Shown: positions 8,821 to 19,275, counted from the first letter of the stretch. The stretch: DNA of 55,046 nt from Candidatus Nealsonbacteria bacterium (GCA_003551845.1 PUNQ01000054.1:1-55046); one strand, 5' to 3'. Translations and numbers: made by a program. Notes: a model not told the origin generated them from the sequence alone.

Positions 8821-9495
8821 ATGGATTTTAAATGGTACGGACAGTCTTGCTTTTATATTTCGGGAAAAAGAGGAAGAAAATCGAGGAAGAAGGTTTCAAT
8901 TTTAACTGATCCCTTCGATGAATCGACCGGATTGAAGCTTTATAAAAAAAATGTTGAAATGGTTCTTGTTTCTCACGATCATGATGATCACAGTAATTTG
9001 GATGCGGTAAACGATGAAGCTTTCGTTATTGACGGGCCCGGAGAATATGAAGTGGAAAATACTCTCATAAGGGGTATTTTTTCTTATCATGACGAAAAAA
9101 AAGGTGAAGAAAGAGGTGTAAATACAATTTACGTCATAGAGTCGGAAGGTATGGTGGTGTGTCATTTGGGAGATTTTGGGCAAAAAGAGCTCACGGATAA
9201 ACAGGTAAAAGAAATAGGAGAAGTCGATATTTTACTTGTTCCCGTCGGTGGCAAATATACGATAAATGCAAAAACAGCCGGAAGAATAGTTTCTCACCTT
9301 GAACCCAAAGCGGTAATACCGATGCATTACAAGATTCCGGGACTAAAATTTGATTTGGAGGGACCGGAAGCTTTTATGAAGGCGATGGGAGCCAAAGACA
9401 AAAAAGCGGAAGAGAAAGTTTCAATTTCCAGAACTAATCTTTCGGAAGGAGAAATACAAGTTTACAAGCTTAAACCTCAGAGTAAAAAAGCATAA
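8821..9495 (+). CDS. MBL-fold metallo-hydrolase (Lactamase_B_3-like)
   Basis: MDFKWYGQSCF, VSHDHDDHS, CHLGD, IPMHY; the ATG at 8821 is the more plausible start. Confidence 0.85.
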   Translation: MDFKWYGQSCFYISGKRGRKSRKKVSILTDPFDESTGLKLYKKNVEMVLVSHDHDDHSNLDAVNDEAFVIDGPGEYEVENTLIRGIFSYHDEKKGEERGVNTIYVIESEGMVVCHLGDFGQKELTDKQVKEIGEVDILLVPVGGKYTINAKTAGRIVSHLEPKAVIPMHYKIPGLKFDLEGPEAFMKAMGAKDKKAEEKVSISRTNLSEGEIQVYKLKPQSKKA

Positions 9496-9506
9496 AACAA
9501 AAGCCA

Positions 9507-11960
9507 ATGGAAGATGAAAAATTTGAAGAAAACGATATAGGATACGTAAAACCCAGAAGCATTGAAGAAGAGATGAAGAAATCGTACATCGATTATGCGA
9601 TGTCGGTTATAGTCGGAAGAGCTCTTCCCGATGTTCGGGACGGATTGAAGCCGGTCCACAGGAGGATTCTTTATACGATGAATGAAGACGGACTAACTCC
9701 CGGAGCAAAATACAAAAAATCGGCCAGTGTTGTCGGAATGACTTTGGCTCGTTATCATCCGCACGGTGATAGTGCCGTTTATAATTCTATGGTCAGGATG
9801 GCTCAGGACTTTTCACTTAGATACCCTTTGGTTAAGGGTCAGGGAAACTTCGGATCGATAGATGACGATCCTCCCGGAGCTCAGAGATACACGGAGGCCA
9901 AACTTTCCGAGATAGGAAGTGTGATGCTTCAGGACATAAGCAAGGATACGGTTGATTTTATTGACAACTACGACGGAACCAAGAAAGAGCCGACGGTCTT
10001 GCCCTCGCCTCTTCCTCAGCTTCTACTGAACGGTTCTTTGGGTATTGCCGTAGGGATGGCGACCAATATACCTCCGCACAACTTGGGAGAAACGATTGAC
10101 GCGGCTGTTCATCTTCTGGAAAATCCGGATGCGGATACGGAAGATCTTTTTAAGTACATAAAAGGACCCGATTTTCCCACCGGTGGAGAAATTTTCAACA
10201 AAGAGCAGATTATAACCGCTTACTCTCAAGGAAAAGGAAGTATAAAATTGAGAGGAAAGGCGGAAATAAAACAAAGTGCGAAAAGCTCTCAAATAATAAT
10301 AAACGAGATTCCGTACGGCGTTAAAAAGTCCAAAATGGTTGAAGAATTCGCCAAATTGGTCAAGGACGGAAAGTTGGAGGGCGTCAGAGACATAAGAGAC
10401 GAATCGGACAGAGAGGGTTTGAGAGTAGCTATCGACCTCAAAAGAAACGCTTATCCCCGGAAAGTTTTGAACAGGCTTTTCAATTACAGCTCGCTTCAGA
10501 AAAAGTTTCACTTGAACATGATCGCCCTCGTTGACGGCATTCAACCGAGAGTTTTGAGTTTGGTTGAGATTTTGGAACATTATCTGGATCACAGGATAGA
10601 GGTAATTACCAGGAGAATGAAATACGATTTGAGAAAGGCGAAAGATAGAGAGCACATCTTGGAAGGACTGTATAAGGCCTTGGTTGATATAGACGACATT
10701 ATAGAAACGATTAAAGCTTCCGAAAACAAAGAGGAGGCTCAAACCAATTTGATGGATGAATACGGTCTCAGTGATCTGCAGGCATTGGCTATTTTAAGAA
10801 TGAGATTGCAAAGATTGGCTAAACTGGAAAGAGTTGAAGTGGAAGACGAATTAAAAGAAAAAAGAGAGAAAATTAAGGAATTGACGGAAATTTTGGAAAG
10901 TGATGAAAAAATAAAAGAAGTGGTTAAAAAAGAGCTTGAAGAGATGAAGGAAAAATTCGACGATGAAAGAAGAACCGAAGTTAATGAGCAACCGTTGGGA
11001 AATATAAAAGAAAAAGACTTGATTCCCAAAGAGTCGGCCATAGTCACCATAACCAACGGAGGATATATAAAGAGAATAAATCCGTCGACCTATAAAAAGC
11101 AAAAAAGAGGAGGTAAGGGAATTTTAGGAATGAAAACCAGCCAAGATGACGTAGTGGAACACTTCATAAAAGCGAATACTCATGACGACTTGTTGTTTTT
11201 TACCGATACGGGAAAAGTTTTCAGAGTTCCGGTCTACAGGGTTCCGGAAGGATCTCGAGCCGCTCGAGGAAGAGGAATTCTCAATTTTTTGGAACTTTCT
11301 TCGGATGAATCGGTTTTGGCGGCGATACCTTTGGACAAGGACGGAAAGGACGGAGAGATTAAAAATTTGATAATGGTTACCGAAAAGGGTAAGATTAAGA
11401 AAACGGCTTTGGACGAATTCAAGAATATACGGAGATCCGGATTGATAGCACTGGGACTCAAAGAAGGGGATCAGCTCAAAAAAGTAAGAAAAACGACCGG
11501 TAGTGACGACGTAATAATTATTACCGAAAAGGGAAAAGCTATAAGATTCGATGAAGAAGAAGCTCGGCCGATGGGAAGGCAAGCCATGGGGGTTAAGGGA
11601 ATAGATTTGAAAAAGAAAGACAAAGTTGCCGATGTCGGAATAATCAGAAAGGACAAAAAAGGACAGTACGTCTTCTTGATAACAGAAAAGGGATACGGAA
11701 AGAGGACTCCGATTGAAAAATACAGACCTCAGAAAAGGGGTGGAGTCGGTTTAAAAACCTTGAGCAACTCTTCCAAGGTCGGAGAGATAATAGCTGCTCG
11801 AGTGGTTACCGAAGGACAAGACGTAGTAGCCATATCGAAAAGAGGCAAGGTTATAAGAACCAATATAGACAAAATTTCAGAACTTTCCAGGGTAACTCAA
11901 GGAGTGCGAGTAATGAAGTTGGGAAAAGATGATGAAGTCGCTTCCATAACTTGTTTTTAA
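9507..11960 (+). CDS. gyrA: DNA gyrase subunit A
   Basis: [23 protein letters not shown] catalytic Tyr, GyrA-box QKRGGKG, beta-pinwheel repeats. Confidence 0.97.
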   Translation: MEDEKFEENDIGYVKPRSIEEEMKKSYIDYAMSVIVGRALPDVRDGLKPVHRRILYTMNEDGLTPGAKYKKSASVVGMTLARYHPHGDSAVYNSMVRMAQDFSLRYPLVKGQGNFGSIDDDPPGAQRYTEAKLSEIGSVMLQDISKDTVDFIDNYDGTKKEPTVLPSPLPQLLLNGSLGIAVGMATNIPPHNLGETIDAAVHLLENPDADTEDLFKYIKGPDFPTGGEIFNKEQIITAYSQGKGSIKLRGKAEIKQSAKSSQIIINEIPYGVKKSKMVEEFAKLVKDGKLEGVRDIRDESDREGLRVAIDLKRNAYPRKVLNRLFNYSSLQKKFHLNMIALVDGIQPRVLSLVEILEHYLDHRIEVITRRMKYDLRKAKDREHILEGLYKALVDIDDIIETIKASENKEEAQTNLMDEYGLSDLQALAILRMRLQRLAKLERVEVEDELKEKREKIKELTEILESDEKIKEVVKKELEEMKEKFDDERRTEVNEQPLGNIKEKDLIPKESAIVTITNGGYIKRINPSTYKKQKRGGKGILGMKTSQDDVVEHFIKANTHDDLLFFTDTGKVFRVPVYRVPEGSRAARGRGILNFLELSSDESVLAAIPLDKDGKDGEIKNLIMVTEKGKIKKTALDEFKNIRRSGLIALGLKEGDQLKKVRKTTGSDDVIIITEKGKAIRFDEEEARPMGRQAMGVKGIDLKKKDKVADVGIIRKDKKGQYVFLITEKGYGKRTPIEKYRPQKRGGVGLKTLSNSSKVGEIIAARVVTEGQDVVAISKRGKVIRTNIDKISELSRVTQGVRVMKLGKDDEVASITCF

Positions 11961-11978
11961 AAGTTAAAATTAATCATT

Positions 11979-12491
11979 ATGGAGTTCGTAAAACCCGAAG
12001 AGATAATAGATGATCTTCCCCTGGAAAAAAATATGATTGCTGCCGATTTCGGGTGTGGATCGGGCGGATGGGTTGTGCCTTTATCAAAAAGATTGAAGGA
12101 AGGAGTAATTTATGCCATAGATATTTTAGAGGAGCCGCTCTCGGCCTTGAGAGGAAAGATGAAGAGAAACAATATTGCCAACATAAAGGTGGTGAATGAA
12201 AATATAGAGAAAGGCACCCACATTCAAGATGGGAAGGTTGACTTGGTCCTAATGACCAATTTTTTATTTCAAGTGGAAAATAAAGAAAAAGTTGTCTCGG
12301 AAGCAAGAAGGATTTTAAGAAAAGAAGGGCTGCTTTTAACCGTGGAATGGGAGCCGGAATCACCCATAGCCCCGAAAGTGGAAAAGCTTTCTCCGGGAAA
12401 AACCAAGAATTTGATTGAAGATGCGGGATTTAAATTGGAAGAAGAATTTCAGGCCGGCATGCATCATTACGGATTTTTACATAGAAAGTAA
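11979..12491 (+). CDS. Class I SAM-dependent methyltransferase
   Basis: ADFGCGSG motif I, YAIDI, RILRKEGLL. Confidence 0.85.
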   Translation: MEFVKPEEIIDDLPLEKNMIAADFGCGSGGWVVPLSKRLKEGVIYAIDILEEPLSALRGKMKRNNIANIKVVNENIEKGTHIQDGKVDLVLMTNFLFQVENKEKVVSEARRILRKEGLLLTVEWEPESPIAPKVEKLSPGKTKNLIEDAGFKLEEEFQAGMHHYGFLHRK

Positions 12492-12514
12492 AAGATAAAA
12501 TAGTGAAAAAAGCT

Positions 12515-12874
12515 ATGAAAAAAAGAAGTTTTTTTGCTCTAATTTTATGGTCTTTACTTCTTTTTTCTTTCGGAACGAGTGCTTATGCCAATGCGGCAAC
12601 CGCCACGGGTCCTACAACTCTTACCATTCCGAATCCGGTTCGTTTCGAAACGATATCGGAGTTTTTTGACGCTCTTATAAATTTATTAATCTCTCTGGGG
12701 CTCGCTTTACTCGTTTTTATGGTGGTTGTCGCCGCTCTTTATATAATGGTCGGTGGAAACAATCAAGAGTATATACAAAAAGGGAAAAATATAATCAAAT
12801 GGACCGTCTTGGGAGTTTTCATAGTTGTCGCCGCTCGAGCAATTTTATGGCTGGTAGCGTATATATTTTCTTAA
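12515..12874 (+). CDS. TrbC/VirB2-like (T4SS-type) pilin family protein
   Basis: Signal peptide, IPNP motif, two TM helices separated by GGNNQEYIQKGKNIIKW. Confidence 0.75.
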   Translation: MKKRSFFALILWSLLLFSFGTSAYANAATATGPTTLTIPNPVRFETISEFFDALINLLISLGLALLVFMVVVAALYIMVGGNNQEYIQKGKNIIKWTVLGVFIVVAARAILWLVAYIFS

Positions 12875-12880
12875 GTTTAT

Positions 12881-12908
12881 TTGCAATAATAAGAGAAGGT
12901 GATAAAAT
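12881..12908 (+). promoter_or_regulatory. Sigma70 promoter with extended -10
   Basis: TTGCAA-16 bp-(TGa)TAAAAT. Confidence 0.55.
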
Positions 12909-12957
12909 AAACCAAGTAGCTTTCTAAAAAGGTCGATTACAACTTATAATAAGAAAA

Positions 12958-13371
12958 ATGAAAAAAACAATATTGACATTGACGTTGCTTGCCGTATTCG
13001 GTTTGATGTTTGCCACTCCGGTTAATGCTCAGTTGGGAATTTGGGAAGATTGTACTTTGGTAAGACCAATAGAAGTGGACGGAACCCCGTATTCAGAAGG
13101 TGCTACGGTCACGATGGGTCAAAACGAAGGGCAAGGATCATTGGTTTGCATGCTTAATGCGGTTTACAGAGCTATTAACGTCTTGATTTGGTTCATGGTT
13201 GCCTTGGTTGTGCTCTTCGTAATTTACGGAGGATACAAGATACTGACTGCGAGAGGGGTTGAAGATGACATAAATGCGGGTAAAAAGATGATCACTTTTG
13301 CTATCATAGGTGTATTCATTGCCGCCGTCGCTTGGGCCGTTCCTTGGATTGTCAACTTTATGATAAGTTAA
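12958..13371 (+). CDS. TrbC/VirB2-like pilin with a Cys-bounded loop
   Basis: Signal peptide ending VNA; YGGYKILTARG...GKKMITFAIIG TM hairpin. Confidence 0.8.
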   Translation: MKKTILTLTLLAVFGLMFATPVNAQLGIWEDCTLVRPIEVDGTPYSEGATVTMGQNEGQGSLVCMLNAVYRAINVLIWFMVALVVLFVIYGGYKILTARGVEDDINAGKKMITFAIIGVFIAAVAWAVPWIVNFMIS

Positions 13372-13380
13372 CGACTCTTA

Positions 13381-13420
13381 AAAACTCCCTTCTCGTATTT
13401 TTTAGGAAGGGAGTTTTGTT
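13381..13420 (+). terminator. Intrinsic terminator after the pilin gene
   Basis: aaaactcccttc...gaagggagtttt 12-bp stem followed by gttt. Confidence 0.7.
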
Positions 13421-13422
13421 TA

Positions 13423-13506
13423 GCCGAGGTGGCGAAATTGGCAACCGCGGTAGGTTTAGGGCCTGCTGTCCGTCAGGACTTGTGGGTTCGAGTCCCACCC
13501 TCGGCA
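13423..13506 (+). tRNA. tRNA-Leu(TAG)
   Basis: gccgagg/cctcggc acceptor stem, gtagg tt TAG gg cctgc anticodon arm, long variable arm. Confidence 0.92.
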
Positions 13507-13564
13507 CATTTTCATGGAATGCTCCTTTTTGGATATAAATTTTGAATAGATCAAAATTGTAATC

Positions 13565-13999
13565 ATGAAAGGAAAATTGATAGCGGGAGCAATATTAATT
13601 TTTATCATTTCTGGCACTCTTTTTCCTTTGCGAAAAATTAGTGGCTGTGGGGAAGGTCGACTCTGTCCACCGGAGCAGCGTTGTCAAATGGTACGTGAGC
13701 TTGAAATTGAAAACAATCGGTATTCAAGAGGGAGAATAGTCGGGGTCTCAGAAAATGAGGGCGAAGGAGCTTTAGCTTGTATGATTAATAATCTCTATAG
13801 AGCAGCTCATGGTATCGCGCTTTTTGCGAGCGGTTTTGCCCTTGCTTTGATTATTTTGGGACTACGAACGCTGACTACCGGAAAGGATAAAAGGATGGCA
13901 AAGAGAGGCAAAAGGAGAATTATTTACGGAATACTGGGAGTGATTATTGCTGTCGCTTTCATGGTTAGCCCAATGGTGATCAATTTTGCAATAAGCTGA
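13565..13999 (+). CDS. TrbC/VirB2-like pilin, paralog of 12958..13371
   Basis: Shared C..VR..E....YS.G..V...NEG.G.L.CM.N..YRA segment; GKRRIIYGILG. Confidence 0.75.
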   Translation: MKGKLIAGAILIFIISGTLFPLRKISGCGEGRLCPPEQRCQMVRELEIENNRYSRGRIVGVSENEGEGALACMINNLYRAAHGIALFASGFALALIILGLRTLTTGKDKRMAKRGKRRIIYGILGVIIAVAFMVSPMVINFAIS

Positions 14000-14030
14000 T
14001 TTTAGGATTTTTAGAGTTTTCGGAAAAGTT

Positions 14031-14588
14031 TTACAGTTCGTAGATAAAGATACTTTTACCGCTGGACATTTTTATTCTTTTTACCTCTTTTAAATTCGGA
14101 AAAGAAAAGGAATAACTCACCACTTTGAAACTCAATTTTTCCCGTTGTATCTTTTTTTCCAATTTTTTCATAAGAGATATTGAAAGATATGCAAAGACAA
14201 CATCGGCTTTCGATAAATCCGATTCAAGCAGATTCTGACAGATTATTTCTCCTTTAATTCCTCTTATTTTCAAGTTTATTTTGGAAACAAAAGCATTGGG
14301 ACGGGAATGTTCGATTCCCACTACTTGCGCCCCGAATTCTTCAGCGGCTATTATCAGGGACCTGCCGCTTCCCGATCCCAAATCAAAGTAAAGATCTCCG
14401 CTTTTTAAACCGGCCTCTTTCAAAGCAGTTCGTATTACTTTTTTGGGAGTCGGAACCGGAGGAGCTCCACTGATATAAGACTTGATACTACTCGGGGTAA
14501 GAAAAAAGAATAAAAGGGTAATCAAGACGAATATTGCTAAAAGAAGACTGAAAAATAAGAATATAAGATCAAAATTATTCATCTTCAC
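14031..14588 (-). CDS. Membrane-anchored SAM-dependent methyltransferase
   Basis: N-terminal TM, GAPPVPT, FDLGSGSGR, ADVVFAYL. Confidence 0.85.
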   Translation of the reverse strand: MKMNNFDLIFLFFSLLLAIFVLITLLFFFLTPSSIKSYISGAPPVPTPKKVIRTALKEAGLKSGDLYFDLGSGSGRSLIIAAEEFGAQVVGIEHSRPNAFVSKINLKIRGIKGEIICQNLLESDLSKADVVFAYLSISLMKKLEKKIQREKLSFKVVSYSFSFPNLKEVKRIKMSSGKSIFIYEL

Positions 14589-14979
14589 TTAAGTTGACCT
14601 CTCTTCTTTTTTCGCGTTCGATGCGTGGTATTTTTATCGTCAAAACACCCTTATTCATTAAAGCCTTCGCTCTGGAAGGGTCGGTTTCTTCCGGAAGAAT
14701 TATTTTTCTGGAAAACGGACCCCAAAAACACTCCTTAATGAAAAATTCTTCAGGCTCTCCGTTTTCGGGGCGATTTCTTTGACCCTTGATAATAATCATG
14801 TCTTTTTCCGTGATTATTTCCAGATCGTTTTCATCGATTCCGGCTACCGGTGTTTGTATGATTATATCTTTATCCGTCTTATATACGTCCACGGTAAGCT
14901 CTCCCTCCTTGGAAAGCCAACTCTTTTTATTTTCATCCATTTTTTTTGTCGTCCACTCTTCTTTTTTGTTTTTACTCAT
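14575..14979 (-). CDS. Hsp20/alpha-crystallin family protein
   Basis: LTVDVYKT, ECFWGPFSRKIILP, NKGVLTIKIP. Confidence 0.92.
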   Translation of the reverse strand: MSKNKKEEWTTKKMDENKKSWLSKEGELTVDVYKTDKDIIIQTPVAGIDENDLEIITEKDMIIIKGQRNRPENGEPEEFFIKECFWGPFSRKIILPEETDPSRAKALMNKGVLTIKIPRIEREKRREVNLSEDE

Positions 14980-15004
14980 AGTATTTTTATTATTTTTTAA
15001 TCTA

Positions 15005-15787
15005 CTAATCCGAATGAAGGCTTGCCGGCTTACAGATACTTTTCATCTCTTTACATCTTTTAAATGCTCTCATTAAAACAATCGTTAAAAGCAGCAAGAA
15101 ACCCAAAAGAAGTCCGGGATAAATAAGTCCTTCAACTTGAACCATGAAAGATATAAGGAGATTGTAGAGAGTGTGAAAAAAGGTTACCGTCAAAAGACCC
15201 AGAAATACGAGGTTCAACTTCATTTTTTTGATTGAAAGAGCGATGAAATAACCCAATATTCCGGCAGCCAAAGCATGAAAAAGAGTGGTTATGGCAAAGC
15301 GCAGAAGGACCAGTTCGGTAACCATTTCCAACGGAGCTTCCGAAAAATATAAAAAGTTTTCCAAGGCGGCAAAGCCGAGACCGGCGGTTACCATATATAT
15401 TATACAATCGACCGGTTCGTCAAGCTCTCTCTTATTCAAAAGGAAGACTCCCGCCAAAACGGCTAAAAGTTTTGAAGATTCTTCTATGAAAGCGACTAAA
15501 AAGAAAGAATCGATGAAGCCGACTAAAAAAACTTCCAATTCCGCCATATCGAACCTCTCCAAGAAGCTGAAAAAATCAACTGAATAAATTATTTCCCTGG
15601 TCGGAATTTGAATAATTGCCGCCAAGAAAGCCCCGAAAACTCCCAAAAAAAAGACCAGGACAATCATTATTTTGGGTTCGGGATCGTTATCCTTTTCCAA
15701 AAAGTAAAAGAGCCAAACCAGACTCGGTAAAATTCCCAAGATGAAAAATGGTATCAAGTCGATAAAAAATGGTATCAAATCGGCCAT
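15005..15787 (-). CDS. PrsW-family intramembrane glutamic protease
   Basis: PEP, EESSK, GLGFAALEN, H...G, H.LYN motifs in a multi-TM protein. Confidence 0.9.
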   Translation of the reverse strand: MADLIPFFIDLIPFFILGILPSLVWLFYFLEKDNDPEPKIMIVLVFFLGVFGAFLAAIIQIPTREIIYSVDFFSFLERFDMAELEVFLVGFIDSFFLVAFIEESSKLLAVLAGVFLLNKRELDEPVDCIIYMVTAGLGFAALENFLYFSEAPLEMVTELVLLRFAITTLFHALAAGILGYFIALSIKKMKLNLVFLGLLTVTFFHTLYNLLISFMVQVEGLIYPGLLLGFLLLLTIVLMRAFKRCKEMKSICKPASLHSD

Positions 15788-17916
15788 TCTTCAATCATTA
15801 AAGTTTCTTTTTTGTCTTCCAGGGGCATCTTTTGATAAATCTCTTCTGTAACGAAAGGAATAAAAGGATGGGCCAGCTTCAATATTCCGGTAAAGATGGT
15901 AATAAGAACTTCCTGTCGCCCCGCTTTCTTGTTCTTATCATCCAGGATTGGCTTTGACTCTTCTATTATTTCATCTGCAAAACGATGCCAGCTGTAATGA
16001 TATATTTTTTCTGCAGCATGAGAAAATTCAAAATTTTCAATGTGAGAAGTGACTTCTTCAGCTTTTTCATTGAACTCGTCAATCAATTTTTTATCCTTAT
16101 TACTTAATTTAGGATTTTTTCCGGGCTCGTAATCTTCACACCTAAACATTAAAAAACGAAACATATTCCAGATTTTATTAACGTAATTTCTGTATCCTTT
16201 TATTTCATTTTCGGAGATGACTACGTCTTTACCCGGGAGGTTACCGACTATCAAAGACATTCTTAAGGCGTCGGTTCCGTATTCTTCAGCTATTTCTATG
16301 GGATTGATTACGTTCCCTTTTGATTTTGACATTTTGTCTCTGTTTTCATCCCTGACCAGCCCGTGAAGATAAACCGTCTTGAAAGGAATCTTCTCGGTTT
16401 TGTAAAGGCTGAGCATTATCATTCTGGCGACCCAGAAGAAAAGAATGTCATAAGCCGTTTCCATGACGGAAGTCGGATAGTACTGTTCCAAGTCGGATTC
16501 GTTTAAAAGGGTGGCAAAAGGCCATTGTCCTGAAGAAAACCAAGTATCGAAAACATCACCATCCCGCTCCAAATTATTTTCTTCGCATTGTGGGCATTTT
16601 TTAGGCTTTTTTCCCGCCGTTATGACCCACTTTTCATCATCTTCGGTTGAGCAATTTTGACACTTCCAGGCGGGAATCTCTATTCCCCACCAATTTTGTC
16701 TCGATATATTCCAGTCTTTTATATTCTCCATCCAGTGAAGGTATACTTTTTTGTAATTGTCGGGGATTATCTTGATTTTACCACTTTTTACCGCTTCTAT
16801 GGCCGGTTCGGCCAAGGGTTTTATATCTATGAACCATTGCTTCATCAAAATGGGTTCAATCTTTTTTCCACACTTATAGCAGACTGACAAATTATGTTCG
16901 TATTCTTCATCAATTCGTTGCAGAAGATCTTTTTTCTTGAGGTCTTGAACTACCTTTTTTCTTGCTTTTTCTACTGACATTCCCGCATAAGGGCCTGTGA
17001 CGTCGGTCATTTTTCCGTCTTTATCGATTGCTTCAATCGGATCGGGCATTTCGTCCTTGTGACGTTGCCAGATTTCATAATCGACTTCCGAGTGGGCGGG
17101 AGTCACTTTTATCGCCCCCGTTCCGAACTCTCTATCTACCGCCTCATCCTGGATTACTTTGATCTTCTTTTCGCCGAGCAATGTTTTTATTCTTATCTCT
17201 TTACCCACGTACTTTCTGTATTTTCTGTCTTCCGGATGAACGGCTATGGCCGTATCACCGAATTTGGTTTCCGGCCTGGTGGTGGCTAAAATGAAGGGGC
17301 CGTATTTTATGTAGTAGAGGGGAGTTTTTCTTCTTACGTGCTCGACTTCCAAGTCGGAAAAGGCTGTTTGATGATTGGTGCAGTAGTTTACCAATCTCTT
17401 CTTCCTGTAGATCAATCCCTCGTCGGCCATTTTTTTGAAAGTATTGTGAGTGGTTTCAACTATTTTTTCATCCAGTGTAAAAGTATCTCTGCTCCAGTCG
17501 CAAGAAGCACCCATCTTTTTTATTTGATCTTTAACCACCTCTCTGTTTTTTTGAGTATAGTCCCAAACTTTTTCATAAAATTCTTCTCTTTCCATATCCA
17601 AACGAGATTTTCCTTCTTTTTCCAATTTTTGTTCAAAAACTATTTGAGTTTCAAACCCGGCATGGTCCGCACCCGGAAGCCAGAGAGCCTTTTTTCCCTT
17701 CATTCGGTTGTATCTGGTCATTATGTCTTGAAGTGTAATAAATAGAGAATGGCCGATATGAAGAGAGCCGTTGGCATTGGGAGGGGGCATCAGTATTGAA
17801 AACGGATCTTTGTGATTTTCGGGAAGGTTGTCCGGATTGAAGTATCCCGTTTTTTCCCAAAGCTTATATATCTTTCCTTCTTTTTTATTTGGATCGTATG
17901 CTTTTGGTATTTTCAT
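15775..17916 (-). CDS. valS: Valyl-tRNA synthetase (short form)
   Basis: PPPNANGSLHIGH, DHAG, GTGAIKVTPAH, DWNISRQ, DTWFSS, KMSKS. Confidence 0.95.
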   Translation of the reverse strand: MKIPKAYDPNKKEGKIYKLWEKTGYFNPDNLPENHKDPFSILMPPPNANGSLHIGHSLFITLQDIMTRYNRMKGKKALWLPGADHAGFETQIVFEQKLEKEGKSRLDMEREEFYEKVWDYTQKNREVVKDQIKKMGASCDWSRDTFTLDEKIVETTHNTFKKMADEGLIYRKKRLVNYCTNHQTAFSDLEVEHVRRKTPLYYIKYGPFILATTRPETKFGDTAIAVHPEDRKYRKYVGKEIRIKTLLGEKKIKVIQDEAVDREFGTGAIKVTPAHSEVDYEIWQRHKDEMPDPIEAIDKDGKMTDVTGPYAGMSVEKARKKVVQDLKKKDLLQRIDEEYEHNLSVCYKCGKKIEPILMKQWFIDIKPLAEPAIEAVKSGKIKIIPDNYKKVYLHWMENIKDWNISRQNWWGIEIPAWKCQNCSTEDDEKWVITAGKKPKKCPQCEENNLERDGDVFDTWFSSGQWPFATLLNESDLEQYYPTSVMETAYDILFFWVARMIMLSLYKTEKIPFKTVYLHGLVRDENRDKMSKSKGNVINPIEIAEEYGTDALRMSLIVGNLPGKDVVISENEIKGYRNYVNKIWNMFRFLMFRCEDYEPGKNPKLSNKDKKLIDEFNEKAEEVTSHIENFEFSHAAEKIYHYSWHRFADEIIEESKPILDDKNKKAGRQEVLITIFTGILKLAHPFIPFVTEEIYQKMPLEDKKETLMIEEWPI

Positions 17917-17986
17917 AATTTCAGTATAGCAAATTTTTCAACTGCTTTTGGTATTTTCATAATCTCAGTATAGCAAATTTTTCAAC
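17899..17986 (-). repeat. 44-bp tandem duplication spanning the valS promoter and first codons
   Basis: tgcttttggtattttcataat(t/c)tcagtatagcaaatttttcaac at 17899-17942 and 17943-17986, 1 mismatch. Confidence 0.95.
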
Positions 17987-19085
17987 TTATTTTAAGGTTT
18001 GGTCTCGCCTTCAATGATTTCGGATCAATCGAACCGTTATTTTTGTATTCGTAAAAAGCGGTAACGGCTATCATTTTCGCATTATCCGTGCAAAGGTCCT
18101 TGTCGGGCATGATTAGATTAACCTTTTCCTTTTTTGCTCTTTGTTTAAACCTTTTTCTCAAAGCCGAATTGGCGGAAACTCCACCACCCAAAATTACGGT
18201 CTTTGCACTTTTTTCTTTGACCGCTTTGAATGTTTTTTCCGTTAGAACTTCAACTATTGCCGCTTGAATCTCTTTAGCCATCGCAATTTTCAAATCCCGA
18301 CCTCCCTCCATATCTCGCCAGCGATACAAGACGGCGGTTTTCAGGCCGGAAAAACTGAAGTCGTAATTATCTTCTTTCAGCATCGGCCGTGGAAGATCTA
18401 CCTCTTTTTTCGTTTCTTTTTTTGCGAACTTTTCTATTTCCGGTCCACCCGGATAGGAAAATCCCAACAAGCGAGCCGTTTTGTCAAAACATTCTCCGGC
18501 CGCATCATCGCGAGTTCTTCCTATGACCCGATGGCTCTTGAGATCGGAAGATAAAACCAGTTGAGTATGCCCCCCGCTGACAATTAAAGAAATCGCCGGA
18601 AATTCCCCATCTTGCATATAAAGAGGTGCAAAAAAATGGGCTTTTATATGATTTACGGGAACCACTTCCAGGTCCCAACAAAGAGCCAGCGCTTTTGCCA
18701 TAGTTATTCCCGACCAGAGAGAAGGATCCAATCCCGGACCGGCGGTTACGGCTAAAAGATCTATCTTCGGCTCGGAATGGTTTTCAAGAAATTTTTTTAA
18801 ATTGTCCAGAAGAACGGACTTCCTTTTAAAGTTTTTTTCTATGGGCTCAACGGGAGATGAACCTTTTTCTAACAGGCCAGCCTTTTTAAGTGCTTTTTTT
18901 AAGACGGGAACCAGATTTTTTTGATGCTCTCTGGCAGCCAAGGTGGGGTGTATTCCTCCCCATTCTTTATGAATTTCGATTTGAGAAGAAACAATATCGG
19001 AGAGAAATACGCTTTTTTCATCTTCAATGTCCAATACGGAGATACAGGTGTCGTCACAAGAAGTTTCTACGGCTAAAATTTTCAT
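17982..19085 (-). CDS. tsaD: tRNA N6-threonylcarbamoyltransferase
   Basis: ILAVETSCDDT, VNHIKAH, VSGGHT, DDAAGECFDK, FSFSGLKT, CTDNAKMIA. Confidence 0.95.
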   Translation of the reverse strand: MKILAVETSCDDTCISVLDIEDEKSVFLSDIVSSQIEIHKEWGGIHPTLAAREHQKNLVPVLKKALKKAGLLEKGSSPVEPIEKNFKRKSVLLDNLKKFLENHSEPKIDLLAVTAGPGLDPSLWSGITMAKALALCWDLEVVPVNHIKAHFFAPLYMQDGEFPAISLIVSGGHTQLVLSSDLKSHRVIGRTRDDAAGECFDKTARLLGFSYPGGPEIEKFAKKETKKEVDLPRPMLKEDNYDFSFSGLKTAVLYRWRDMEGGRDLKIAMAKEIQAAIVEVLTEKTFKAVKEKSAKTVILGGGVSANSALRKRFKQRAKKEKVNLIMPDKDLCTDNAKMIAVTAFYEYKNNGSIDPKSLKARPNLKIS

Positions 19086-19186
19086 AACGGTCTTGATTTT
19101 TATAAAAATTACTTTATACTGTAAAAGCAGTTTACCTTAAATTTAATCAATTTAAAAGTTTTAGCTTTAATTGAGGGTAAAAATAC

Positions 19187-19264
19187 GGCCCCGTCGTCTA
19201 GCCCGGTCCAGGACGCCAGGTTTTCATCCTGGTAACAGGGGTTCAAATCCCCTCGGGGTCACCA
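19187..19264 (+). tRNA. tRNA-Glu(TTC)
   Basis: ggccccg/cggggtc acceptor stem, ccagg tt TTC at cctgg, encoded CCA. Confidence 0.95.
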
Positions 19265-19275
19265 CCATATTTTAT

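Noticed and set aside
15775..15800. valS as a truncated pseudogene
   Set aside because: All catalytic and anticodon-binding motifs are intact and the gene ends cleanly, overlapping the next gene. Only the C-terminal coiled-coil arm is absent, consistent with a naturally short form.
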